From an uncultured Porphyromonadaceae bacterium (GTDB taxonomy: Bacteria > Bacteroidota > Bacteroidia > Bacteroidales > Muribaculaceae): 64,000 bases of DNA. The notes under the pieces are model-generated. The model searched no databases and was not told where the DNA came from. It saw nothing but the letters and a program-made list of their open reading frames with translations. Position 1 is the first letter of the stretch; each line of letters opens with the position of its first letter. The stretch covers positions 4,786-68,785 of the forward strand of contig CAMEGQ010000002.1 in NCBI GenBank assembly GCA_945916235.1. The letters are read 5' to 3'. Position numbers and translations under genes: made by a program. This document shows positions 39,983 through 47,846 of the stretch, piece after piece.

Positions 39983-40042
39983 GGTTATGATAGTGATTGT
40001 TTATTTTGCAGAGCGGCCTCTGCGGATAAAGGATTGATAATT

Positions 40043-40094
40043 CGGGTTTGGTTAATTCTATGACGACAAATGAAATCCTTTCTACTCAATTTTT
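40043..40094 (-). promoter_or_regulatory. Conserved promoter-like element, copy B (AAAAAtTGAGTAG-N2-AGGAT-N6-TGTCGTCATA-N11-AAACCCG on coding strand)
   Basis: It aligns block for block with 43953-44003. It lies 76-112 nt upstream of the ATG at 39982 and just downstream of the terminator hairpin of the preceding gene. Confidence 0.5.
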
Positions 40095-40131
40095 GAAATT
40101 TTTAGTGAAAAAAAGTTTTAAATGCCGTTTT

Positions 40132-40165
40132 AAATGCCGTCGCACCCTCGGATGCGACGGCATTT
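40132..40165 (-). terminator. Rho-independent terminator after the 3x-discoidin gene
   Basis: Perfect 13-bp stem aaatgccgtcgca/tgcgacggcattt with an 8-nt loop, 8 nt past the stop at 40173. On the coding strand it is followed by a T-rich stretch (..aaaacttttttt..). Confidence 0.7.
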
Positions 40166-40172
40166 TGGGGGA

Positions 40173-42512
40173 TTAGAGATTTTTGGTCACGCGGTTGAGA
40201 TAAATCTCGGCGCAGGATACGCGCTCGGCATAATCCGGGCGTCCCTGAGGATAAGCGAAGGGATGGAATACCACCTTCACGAAGCGCGTATTCACCGGAT
40301 TGTCAAAGATCTGCTTGTCGGTCAGGTCGGTTGAGTATTTCACTCCCGGCTCGAAGCTGCCGTTGCTCGACACTTCGGCGAATTTCTTCCATCCGAGCGT
40401 CTCGTCGATGGCGAAATCTTTGTCCATCAGCGCTTTGATGGCATCAGCATTGCCGTCTATGTCGCCGCCGTCCACGAACATATTGTTTTTGTCCTCATCC
40501 GTCAGCGAGGAGGTGTCGATCGTCTCGGCGTCGGTGTAGTAGAATTCCACACGGTCGAAGGTGGTGTCGCCATAGCCTGCGGTGCGGGCGGCTGCCCCCG
40601 AGAGGAGCTGCTTCTCGCCCAGGTCAATCACTGCCATGGCCGTGGTATAAGGAGCATCATAAGGCACCTGATAGTTCTCGCCCAAGTTGGTGGAGGTACC
40701 TTTTACAACCTGATGCGACATCCACGATGTTTTGTTGCGGGCTGCGTTATCGGCGAAATCCTCGGCGCCGTCCCAGAGCAGTCTGATAGGCTCTACGCCG
40801 TCTTCATAGCCCCAGAAACGGTTGCAGGGCGAAGCATAGACAGGCTGCCAGTTGGTCTTGTCCACTGTGCCGCGCTCATAACGGTCTACTGCCGGAGTCT
40901 CGATGGCTACGTCTACGCCATTGACTTTGGTCACATGGTCCATGTAGATTTCGGCGCAGGATACGCGCTCGGCATAAGCGAAGGACTGCGGGTGTTCGTA
41001 AGGCACGAATACTATCTTCACAAAGCGGGTCTTGACGGGTTTGCTGTCAAGCTCATAGGTAGAGAAGTGATTGTTGTATGTCTTCCAGGGCGTCACATCG
41101 TCGCATGTCGACATTTCAGCCACTTTCACCCAGCCTACCTGATCGTCTATGGCGAACATCTTGTCCATCAGAGTCTTGATGGCCTCTCCGTTTGCATCGA
41201 TGTCATTACCGTTTACAAACATATTTTTGCGGTCGGCTTCGTCGAAGCTGTTGGTATTGATCTCGGTAGCATCGGTGGCATAGAATTCCACGCGTTTGAA
41301 GGTGGTGTCGCCGTAGCCGGCGGTCATGGCGCCGAAGTTGGAGATCCATTCGGTCTGGCCAAGGTCGACCACAACGAATGATGTGAGGTATTTACCCTCT
41401 ACCGGCATCGTGTGCTCGCCTTTGGAGTCTACGACAACCTGATTGGAGAGCCAGCAGTTGCCTTTGTCGGTATCCATATTGAATTCGCCGTCGGCAGCGG
41501 GCAGGCCGTCCCAAAGAGCCGAGGGAACTGATGTAGTACCCCAGTAGTTGTTGCAGTTGGTGGCGTAGAGAGCGTTCCATTTCGATTTGTCGAGCGGAGC
41601 GGTCTCGTAGGTGGTGCCTGCAGGAGCGGTCACATCGACAGGCTCACCGTCTACTTCCGTCACATGATTGAGAAAAATTTCGGCGCAGGATACGCGCTCG
41701 GCATAATTGTTGAAACTCTGCGGATATGCGTAGGGTACGAACACCATCTTTACGTAGCGGGTCTTGATGGGGTTATTTTCGAGTTCGTCTTCGGTGAATT
41801 TTCTGATGTATTCTCTTCCGGCGTCGAATACCTCGTTGCCGTGATTATCTCTGGATTTCACTTCGCCGAATTTCTTCCATACCACGGTCTTGTCGACTGC
41901 GAAACATTTGTCCATCAGCGCCTTGACGCCGTTAGCGTTACCTTCGAGATCCATGCTGCCGACATTCATATTTTTGAGGTCGGCTTCAGTGAAGCGCTCG
42001 GTGATAATATTCTGAGCGTCGGTGTAGTAGAATTCCACCCGGTCGAAAGTGGTATCGTTGAAGCCGGCTGTACATGCGCCGAACGATGAAATCCATTCAA
42101 ACTTGCCGAGGTCGACCACAGCGAAAACTTCAGTGTAAGGAGCATCCCAGGGCACCTGATAGTTCGCATCTTTACCGGTTCCTTTTACAACTTCGTGCGA
42201 CACCCAGCTGTGGTTGAAATCAAGGGCACCGTCCCAAAGGGAGGTGACCACTGCGGCCTTAGCCCAGCAGTGGTTGCTGGGAGAGGAATATACGGGCTTC
42301 CAGTTCGTCTTGTCGATAGGAGAGGTGGTAAATCTCGACAGGCGTGCCGGCTTGAGGGTTTCCACACCCACACGCACGATGTCTGACGAATTGAAGGTGA
42401 AGGTGCCCACCGACGTCTTGACGTCGACGCGAGTAATATCCGCCACCACATATGTAGCTGACACACCGACCAATGCGGCTGCCAGAGCGATTTTTATTTT
42501 ATTGAAATTCAT
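40173..42512 (-). CDS. Secreted protein: short N-terminal beta module plus three tandem discoidin-like modules (type II)
   Basis: 779 aa with an SPI-type signal (..ATYVVA/DIT), no lipobox and no T9SS CTD. Three ~240-aa repeats start IDKTNW, LDKSKW and VDKTNW, and each ends AERVSCAEI(F/Y)(L/M). Confidence 0.75.
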   Translation of the reverse strand: MNFNKIKIALAAALVGVSATYVVADITRVDVKTSVGTFTFNSSDIVRVGVETLKPARLSRFTTSPIDKTNWKPVYSSPSNHCWAKAAVVTSLWDGALDFNHSWVSHEVVKGTGKDANYQVPWDAPYTEVFAVVDLGKFEWISSFGACTAGFNDTTFDRVEFYYTDAQNIITERFTEADLKNMNVGSMDLEGNANGVKALMDKCFAVDKTVVWKKFGEVKSRDNHGNEVFDAGREYIRKFTEDELENNPIKTRYVKMVFVPYAYPQSFNNYAERVSCAEIFLNHVTEVDGEPVDVTAPAGTTYETAPLDKSKWNALYATNCNNYWGTTSVPSALWDGLPAADGEFNMDTDKGNCWLSNQVVVDSKGEHTMPVEGKYLTSFVVVDLGQTEWISNFGAMTAGYGDTTFKRVEFYATDATEINTNSFDEADRKNMFVNGNDIDANGEAIKTLMDKMFAIDDQVGWVKVAEMSTCDDVTPWKTYNNHFSTYELDSKPVKTRFVKIVFVPYEHPQSFAYAERVSCAEIYMDHVTKVNGVDVAIETPAVDRYERGTVDKTNWQPVYASPCNRFWGYEDGVEPIRLLWDGAEDFADNAARNKTSWMSHQVVKGTSTNLGENYQVPYDAPYTTAMAVIDLGEKQLLSGAAARTAGYGDTTFDRVEFYYTDAETIDTSSLTDEDKNNMFVDGGDIDGNADAIKALMDKDFAIDETLGWKKFAEVSSNGSFEPGVKYSTDLTDKQIFDNPVNTRFVKVVFHPFAYPQGRPDYAERVSCAEIYLNRVTKNL

Positions 42513-42533
42513 GATAGTTAGCGTTAAAATAGA

Positions 42534-43358
42534 TTACTCGCCCGGAGTGGCAACGTAGAATTCAAAAATTTTGGTGCGGTCCGCGGCGTTAGCGACATCG
42601 TGACCGAAGGGAGTCACGTTGAGCTTGATGTAGCGGGCACGAGTCCCTTTCTGCCTGTCGGAGAGCTGATAGAAGTAGCGGCCTACGTGTTCTGCCGTGC
42701 AGGTGGACACGGAGATAGCCCCCAGGCGAGTCCATGCCACCTTTTTGTCGGCCTCCTTGATTTTGTTGTGGACAGGTACATAGGCAGAGATGTTCTTGTC
42801 ATCATTTATGCCAATTCCATTCATTAAATTTCTCTCAGTTTCGGTGAGCTGGGGATCTTCTATGGTGGTGGAGCAGTAGAAGTCTACGGCTGCGGGCATC
42901 ACATCATAATATCCCATGTTTTCCAGACTGCCAGCCAGTATGCCGACGGCTGCAAGCTCTACTTCCTCGCCGAGGTCGATCACTACGAAGGGGTTGCCTA
43001 AGTTGTAGCTGTTGGCAAAGCCGTCATTGATATAGCCCATCCAGCCGTCGCCGTTTTCCGCGCCGTCAATCATCTTTGCGTAAGGGCCGTAACCCATGGC
43101 GATAGTGCCGTAGGCGATTTTCCAATTGCTCTTGTCGGTCAGATGGTTGCGCACTGGAGCTTCCGAGGGGTCGTTTGTAAGCGAGTGCTCGATGGTGACG
43201 CCTTCGGCAGCTTCGATGATAGTGCGCGTAAGGGCATCCTCACCCGAATATATTACGTAGCAGGTGGTCGCCTGGTCGTCGGCAGCCATAGCCGGAGCCA
43301 CACAGGCTGCTGCGCATGCCATTGCCATGGCAGATTTAAGTAAAGTATTGAAGTTCAT
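42534..43358 (-). CDS. Secreted single discoidin-like module protein (type I, diverged)
   Basis: 274 aa with signal peptide ..VAPAMA/ADD. LTDKSNWKIAYGT..MIDGAENGDGWMGY..PFVVIDLG..AVDFYCST..ARYIKLNVTPF..TKIFEFYV follows. It is closest to the C-terminal module of 29913-31478. Confidence 0.7.
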   Translation of the reverse strand: MNFNTLLKSAMAMACAAACVAPAMAADDQATTCYVIYSGEDALTRTIIEAAEGVTIEHSLTNDPSEAPVRNHLTDKSNWKIAYGTIAMGYGPYAKMIDGAENGDGWMGYINDGFANSYNLGNPFVVIDLGEEVELAAVGILAGSLENMGYYDVMPAAVDFYCSTTIEDPQLTETERNLMNGIGINDDKNISAYVPVHNKIKEADKKVAWTRLGAISVSTCTAEHVGRYFYQLSDRQKGTRARYIKLNVTPFGHDVANAADRTKIFEFYVATPGE

Positions 43359-43861
43359 TATTTTACAAATTTAAAGGTTGATGCCGACGACTGGAGTACA
43401 TAGACGCCTGCCGAGAGCGACTCGATGGATACTGTCACGCTGCCGGATGCATCCGCCTGCGCTGCGGCCACCTGACGGCCGTCGAGGGTGTAGACGGTTA
43501 CAGCCGACCCTGCCTCAAGCCCTACGGCCTGCACTGCCGTGCGCGTCAGGGTGAACAGGTTGGCCTGCTTGCCGCTCACGTCGGTGATGCCGGAAGGCGT
43601 GTCGGCGGTTTGGTAGTAGACGTGTTTGAACTCCGAAAGCGGGAACTGTATCTCATGCCCTTCGTTGAAGTTCACTTTCACTGCGTCTGCTGTCAGACTG
43701 ATGACTGGCTTTTCTACAATAAAGAAGTTGGTCTCGCTGTTGTCGTTTTTTACGACTGTCATCACATTCGAATGCGGTGTTTTGCAAAATCCCGTCAGGG
43801 CTGATGCGCACACCAGAAATGTGGCCGCAATTCTGCGGAGCATGTGTTTTTGTTTAAACAT
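43358..43861 (-). CDS. Small secreted protein consisting of a ~60-aa N-domain plus a T9SS (Por) C-terminal sorting domain
   Basis: 167 aa. The C-terminal VTVYTLDGRQVAAAQADASGSVTVSIESLSAGVYVLQSSASTFKFVK fits the type-A CTD pattern (..vYdl.Gr.v....g...i.l..l..GvY.l.....kk.ik). Its stop overlaps the start of the next gene. Confidence 0.7.
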   Translation of the reverse strand: MFKQKHMLRRIAATFLVCASALTGFCKTPHSNVMTVVKNDNSETNFFIVEKPVISLTADAVKVNFNEGHEIQFPLSEFKHVYYQTADTPSGITDVSGKQANLFTLTRTAVQAVGLEAGSAVTVYTLDGRQVAAAQADASGSVTVSIESLSAGVYVLQSSASTFKFVK

Positions 43862-43952
43862 TTGATATGGATTGATTTAGGTTGATATTGCGTATAGTGA
43901 GTATAATGTATAGGTAGCTGATATTGCTGATTTAAGGACGGGCGTGTGTCGC

Positions 43953-44003
43953 CGGGTTTTCTTCTTATGACGACACCGCCCATCCTGTACTACTCATTTT
44001 TTT
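43953..44003 (-). promoter_or_regulatory. Conserved promoter-like element, copy A (AAAAAAATGAGTAG-N3-AGGAT-N6-TGTCGTCATA-N6-AAACCCG on coding strand)
   Basis: It aligns with 40043-40094. It lies 92-142 nt upstream of the ATG at 43861, in the 197-nt AT-rich gap after the 1257-aa gene. Confidence 0.5.
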
Positions 44004-44058
44004 AGTTAATTTTCCGGGAAAAATTTCCGATTTTTTTCAGATTCCTTAAAATCTTGCG

Positions 44059-47000
44059 TCAGGGCATCTGAATCGCCATCAGCTGATTGGCTTCGAGCGT
44101 CAGTGTGATAGCCCCGTCGGCCACTTCGATGCGCTGCCCGGCGCCAAGGCCGTCCCGGGTCACGGGATAGGCCGTCACATACGTGGCCGAAGCCCAGTCT
44201 GACGGCAGCTTCCATGTGCGGCCGCTGTAGCCCTCCTCGGAATATGCCATGATTTCCTTATGGTCGGTGATCCACGGCATCGGGAAGAAGATATTGTTGC
44301 CGTCGCGGAGCGTCACTCCGTTCTGGGTGATGGTCTTGGAGCTGCTGCTGTAGGTGGCGGTAAGCCCGTCGGAATATCTGACGGTCTGAGTCTTCGATGT
44401 CGAGTAGCCGCTCTCGGTGTAGTCCTCCACCTTGTGGCGGTTGAGATACATATACGGCACAGTGGTCAGGGCGATCCCATTCTTGGCTCTGTCGAACGAG
44501 GCGTTGAAGTCTTTGGCTACTGACAGATAGTTGAAGTCGTCCTCAGCCTGATAGTTGCTGCCGAAGAGGAAATCCTCAGCGGCCCAGACGCCTTCGCCGA
44601 ATTTGCCCGACATACCGCCGGCGATGAGCGAGGCGGGGAGGACTTTGCGCTTGGTGCAGTCGATGTCGAGCCACCATGTGGCCGGGCTGAGGCCGTACAT
44701 GGCGTCGTTGCGGTTGCCGTTCTCAAGGAATTCCACCGTCACGTCCACGCCGTGGTTGCGAAGCAGCCTGAGCACCTTGCGCATCGTGGCTTCGCCCTGA
44801 TCGACGGTCAGATTATGGTAAGCGCTCTGGCGCGCATAGAAGGCGTCGATCTGGAGCGTATGGGTGAGGTCGAGGCGCACCAGCTCGTAAAGCTCCTGAA
44901 GGCGCTTGTGGAGCAGTCCGGTCTCCCACTCCTTGGTGAGGTTGACGTTGTAGAGCGGCAGCCCGTTGAGCTCGCCTACGGTATAGAGCGAGCCGTCGGC
45001 ATTCTTGCAGATCAGGTCGCGGCTGAGGTATTCCTGCCAGAGCGGCGAATTTTCGTAGGCGTCGTGGATGGTCACATGCACGCTGACGGTGGTGTTGTAT
45101 TTCTCGGCCTGCGCCTGAAGCCAGTAGAAGCTCTGGCGGGCTGTGGCGTCCTCAGGGCGCTTCAGCGCCGGGTTGAACTCATGGAAGGCGGGATATTTGC
45201 AGTCGTGGCCTTCATACTGCCAGCCCACAAGGTAGACCACCTTATGGATGCCGCGGCTCAGGGCGTCGATCCCCTTGATCACGTCGAGCGCCTCGGCAAA
45301 GTTAAGTGCCACTCTGGAGCCTCCGTTGCCGTCGGGCAGAGCCATGAAGAGCTTCATCATCATCGACTGGGAATAGTCGTGCATATACGGGCGCTCGGGA
45401 GCCATGGTTTGGGAGTAATCGTAGACAGCGTCGGAAGGGTTGTCGCTCCAGCTCTCCTTAGGCTCCGTAATCTCCTGACCGTCGACAGCCGTGACGTGGG
45501 TCAGCGAAATTTCGGCGCACGATACGCGCTCGGCATAGTCGAAGGCCTGGGGATATTCGTAAGGCACGAATACCACCTTGACAAAGCGGGCCTTAACCGG
45601 AGCATCGCGCAGGGCGCGGTCGGAGAGCGTCATGCCGTACTCCTGCCATGCCGCTGGGTTCCCCTCGGATTCCACTTCGGCAAATTTCTTCCAGCTGACC
45701 TTGCTGTCCACGGCGAAAATCTTATCCATCAGGGCCTTGGTGGCGGTGACGTCATTGTCGATTTCCCGGCCGTTGACCAGCATGTTGCGGCGGTCGGTGG
45801 CGGTGAACGACGAAACGTCGATGTCGGTGGCGTCGGTGTAGTAGAATTCCACGCGCTTGAAAGATGTGTCGCCATAGCCCGCGGTGATGGCGCTGGCTCC
45901 GGAGAGCCACTGCTTCTGCCCGAGGTCGATCACGGTGAATGCCTGGGTATAAGGCGCCTCCCAGGGCACCTCGTAGCCGTCCTTCATGTTGACTCCCTTC
46001 ACAATCTGGTGCGACAGCCAGCAATGGTTGAGCTGAGGCGGGATTTCGCCGCTGACGGGGATGGAGGGCAGGCCGTCCCAGAGCGCTGATGCCTGAGCGT
46101 CATGCCCCCAGAAATCGTTGCACGGGGTGGAGTAGAGCGAGCGCCACGTGGATTTGTCGACTGCCGAGCGCGTGTATTTGTCGGTGGCAGGCGAAACGTC
46201 TTTCCCATCCACGGAGGCCACGCGGTCGAGGTAAAGTTCGGCGCAGGATACGCGTTCGCAGTAGGCGCTGCTCTGCGGATATTCGTAAGGGATAAATACC
46301 ACCTTGACAAATCGGGTCTTGACGGGGTTGCTGTCGAGCTGAGAGTTGGAGAAAGTGGTCTTGTAAGTGGTCCACGACTGGAAGTTACCTTTGCTGTCTA
46401 CTTCGCCGAACTTCCTCCAGCTGACTTTGCCGTCTACGGCGAAAATCTTATCCATCAGGGCTTTGGTGGCGTCGGCGTCATTGTCGATTCCGGTGCCGTT
46501 GACCAGCATGTTGTCGCGGTCGGCCTGGGTGAACGATGAAGTGTCGATGTCGGTGGCGTCGGTGCAGTAGAATTCCACGCGCTTGAAGGTCGTGTCGCCG
46601 TAGCCGCCGGTGCGGGCGCCGAACGAGGAGATCCATTCCTCATGTCCCAGGTCGATTACGGCAAAGGCCTGGGTGTAGGGTGCATCCCAGGGCACCTGAT
46701 ATTCCGGCCCCTTGCTGACTCCCTTTACGATCTGGTGCGACAGCCAGCAATTGTTCAGGTCGGCAGGAGCCTGTGTGCCGCCGACGTTGTCCCAGAGCGC
46801 GTCGATCTGAGCATCGTAGCCCCAGTGGACGTTGCAGGGGGTGGTGTAAAGCGCCTGCCAGGTAGATTTGTCGATAGTTTCGGTGGAGTATTTGCCGTCG
46901 TAGACCGGAGCCACCGGCTGACCTTCGAATTTGGTCACATGGCCCAGATAAAGCTCGGCGCATGATACGCGCTCGGCATAGTCGCCGCGGTTCTGCGGAT

Positions 47001-47832
47001 ATGCGTAGGGGTGGAATACCACCTTGACATAGCGAGTCTTGACGGGCCGGTTGTCCAGATCGTCGGTGGAGAAGGCGTGCTCGTAGGTCTTCCACGGGGT
47101 GAAGTCGCCGTTGGTGTTTACCTCGCCGAATTTTTTCCACTGGATGCCGTGATCCACCGAGAAGGTCTTGTTCATCAGGGCCTTGACGGCGTCGACATTG
47201 AGCGTGGACGCGTCGAGGTCGCCGCCGATACCGCTGCCGTTGACAAACATGTTGTTGCGGTCTTCATCGCTAAATGTTTCGGTATCAATCGAGTAGGCGT
47301 CGGTGTAGTAGAACTCCACACGCTCGAAGGTGGTATCGCCCCAGCCGGCGGTACGGGCGCCGAACGACGATATCCATTCGAACTGGCCGAGGTCGATCAC
47401 GGCAAATGCCTGGGTGTAAGGCGCTTCCCAAGGCACCTCGTAGGCATCACCTTTTCCGGTTCCCTTCACAATCTGGTGCGACAGCCAGCTGTTTTTCAGG
47501 CCGTCGGGAGCGCTTTCACCCTCCACGCCGTCCCAAAGGGCGGACGGGACGGAGGCAGTGCTCCAGCAGTTGTTGCAGGGGGAGGCGTAGACGGCCGTCC
47601 AGCCCGACTTGTCGAGCGCGGCGGTGGTGTATCTCTCCCGTTTGTTGACCTTTATGGTCTCCACGGTGATTTTTGCCACATCGCGGTGGTTGAATGTGAA
47701 CACTTCGCCGCCCGGAATCTTGATGTCCAGGCGGGTGTCGGCGGAGCCGGTGATGTCTGCCAGAGTAGCGATTGCTCCGAACGACGCCGCAAGTACGGCC
47801 ATGGGGAGCGCTTTTTGTATGTTGAGCTGCAT
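44059..47832 (-). CDS. Secreted multidomain protein: N-terminal beta module, three discoidin-like modules (type II), C-terminal GH101/GH129-like putative catalytic domain (paralog 3)
   Basis: 1257 aa with an SPI-type signal (..IATLA/DIT). The repeats start LDKSGW (~47620), IDKSTW (~46880) and VDKSTW (~46165). From about nt 45450 down the protein shows ERPYMHDY, KVVYLVGWQYEGHDCKYPAF, QIDAFYAR, GVDVTVEF and WWLD, as in 26871-29903. Confidence 0.75.
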   Translation of the reverse strand: MQLNIQKALPMAVLAASFGAIATLADITGSADTRLDIKIPGGEVFTFNHRDVAKITVETIKVNKRERYTTAALDKSGWTAVYASPCNNCWSTASVPSALWDGVEGESAPDGLKNSWLSHQIVKGTGKGDAYEVPWEAPYTQAFAVIDLGQFEWISSFGARTAGWGDTTFERVEFYYTDAYSIDTETFSDEDRNNMFVNGSGIGGDLDASTLNVDAVKALMNKTFSVDHGIQWKKFGEVNTNGDFTPWKTYEHAFSTDDLDNRPVKTRYVKVVFHPYAYPQNRGDYAERVSCAELYLGHVTKFEGQPVAPVYDGKYSTETIDKSTWQALYTTPCNVHWGYDAQIDALWDNVGGTQAPADLNNCWLSHQIVKGVSKGPEYQVPWDAPYTQAFAVIDLGHEEWISSFGARTGGYGDTTFKRVEFYCTDATDIDTSSFTQADRDNMLVNGTGIDNDADATKALMDKIFAVDGKVSWRKFGEVDSKGNFQSWTTYKTTFSNSQLDSNPVKTRFVKVVFIPYEYPQSSAYCERVSCAELYLDRVASVDGKDVSPATDKYTRSAVDKSTWRSLYSTPCNDFWGHDAQASALWDGLPSIPVSGEIPPQLNHCWLSHQIVKGVNMKDGYEVPWEAPYTQAFTVIDLGQKQWLSGASAITAGYGDTSFKRVEFYYTDATDIDVSSFTATDRRNMLVNGREIDNDVTATKALMDKIFAVDSKVSWKKFAEVESEGNPAAWQEYGMTLSDRALRDAPVKARFVKVVFVPYEYPQAFDYAERVSCAEISLTHVTAVDGQEITEPKESWSDNPSDAVYDYSQTMAPERPYMHDYSQSMMMKLFMALPDGNGGSRVALNFAEALDVIKGIDALSRGIHKVVYLVGWQYEGHDCKYPAFHEFNPALKRPEDATARQSFYWLQAQAEKYNTTVSVHVTIHDAYENSPLWQEYLSRDLICKNADGSLYTVGELNGLPLYNVNLTKEWETGLLHKRLQELYELVRLDLTHTLQIDAFYARQSAYHNLTVDQGEATMRKVLRLLRNHGVDVTVEFLENGNRNDAMYGLSPATWWLDIDCTKRKVLPASLIAGGMSGKFGEGVWAAEDFLFGSNYQAEDDFNYLSVAKDFNASFDRAKNGIALTTVPYMYLNRHKVEDYTESGYSTSKTQTVRYSDGLTATYSSSSKTITQNGVTLRDGNNIFFPMPWITDHKEIMAYSEEGYSGRTWKLPSDWASATYVTAYPVTRDGLGAGQRIEVADGAITLTLEANQLMAIQMP

Positions 47833-47846
47833 AGGAATGAATCGGG

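Noticed and set aside
44059-44200. Whether the C-terminal tails of the GH101-like proteins (..ITLTLEANQLMAIQMP, ..VTLTLAPNTILSVVPAK, ..IQLSLEPNEMLSIQIPN) are T9SS sorting domains.
   Set aside because: They lack the G.Y...K..K ending and the length of a Por CTD. They look like the last strands of an ordinary C-terminal beta-sandwich shared by all three paralogs.
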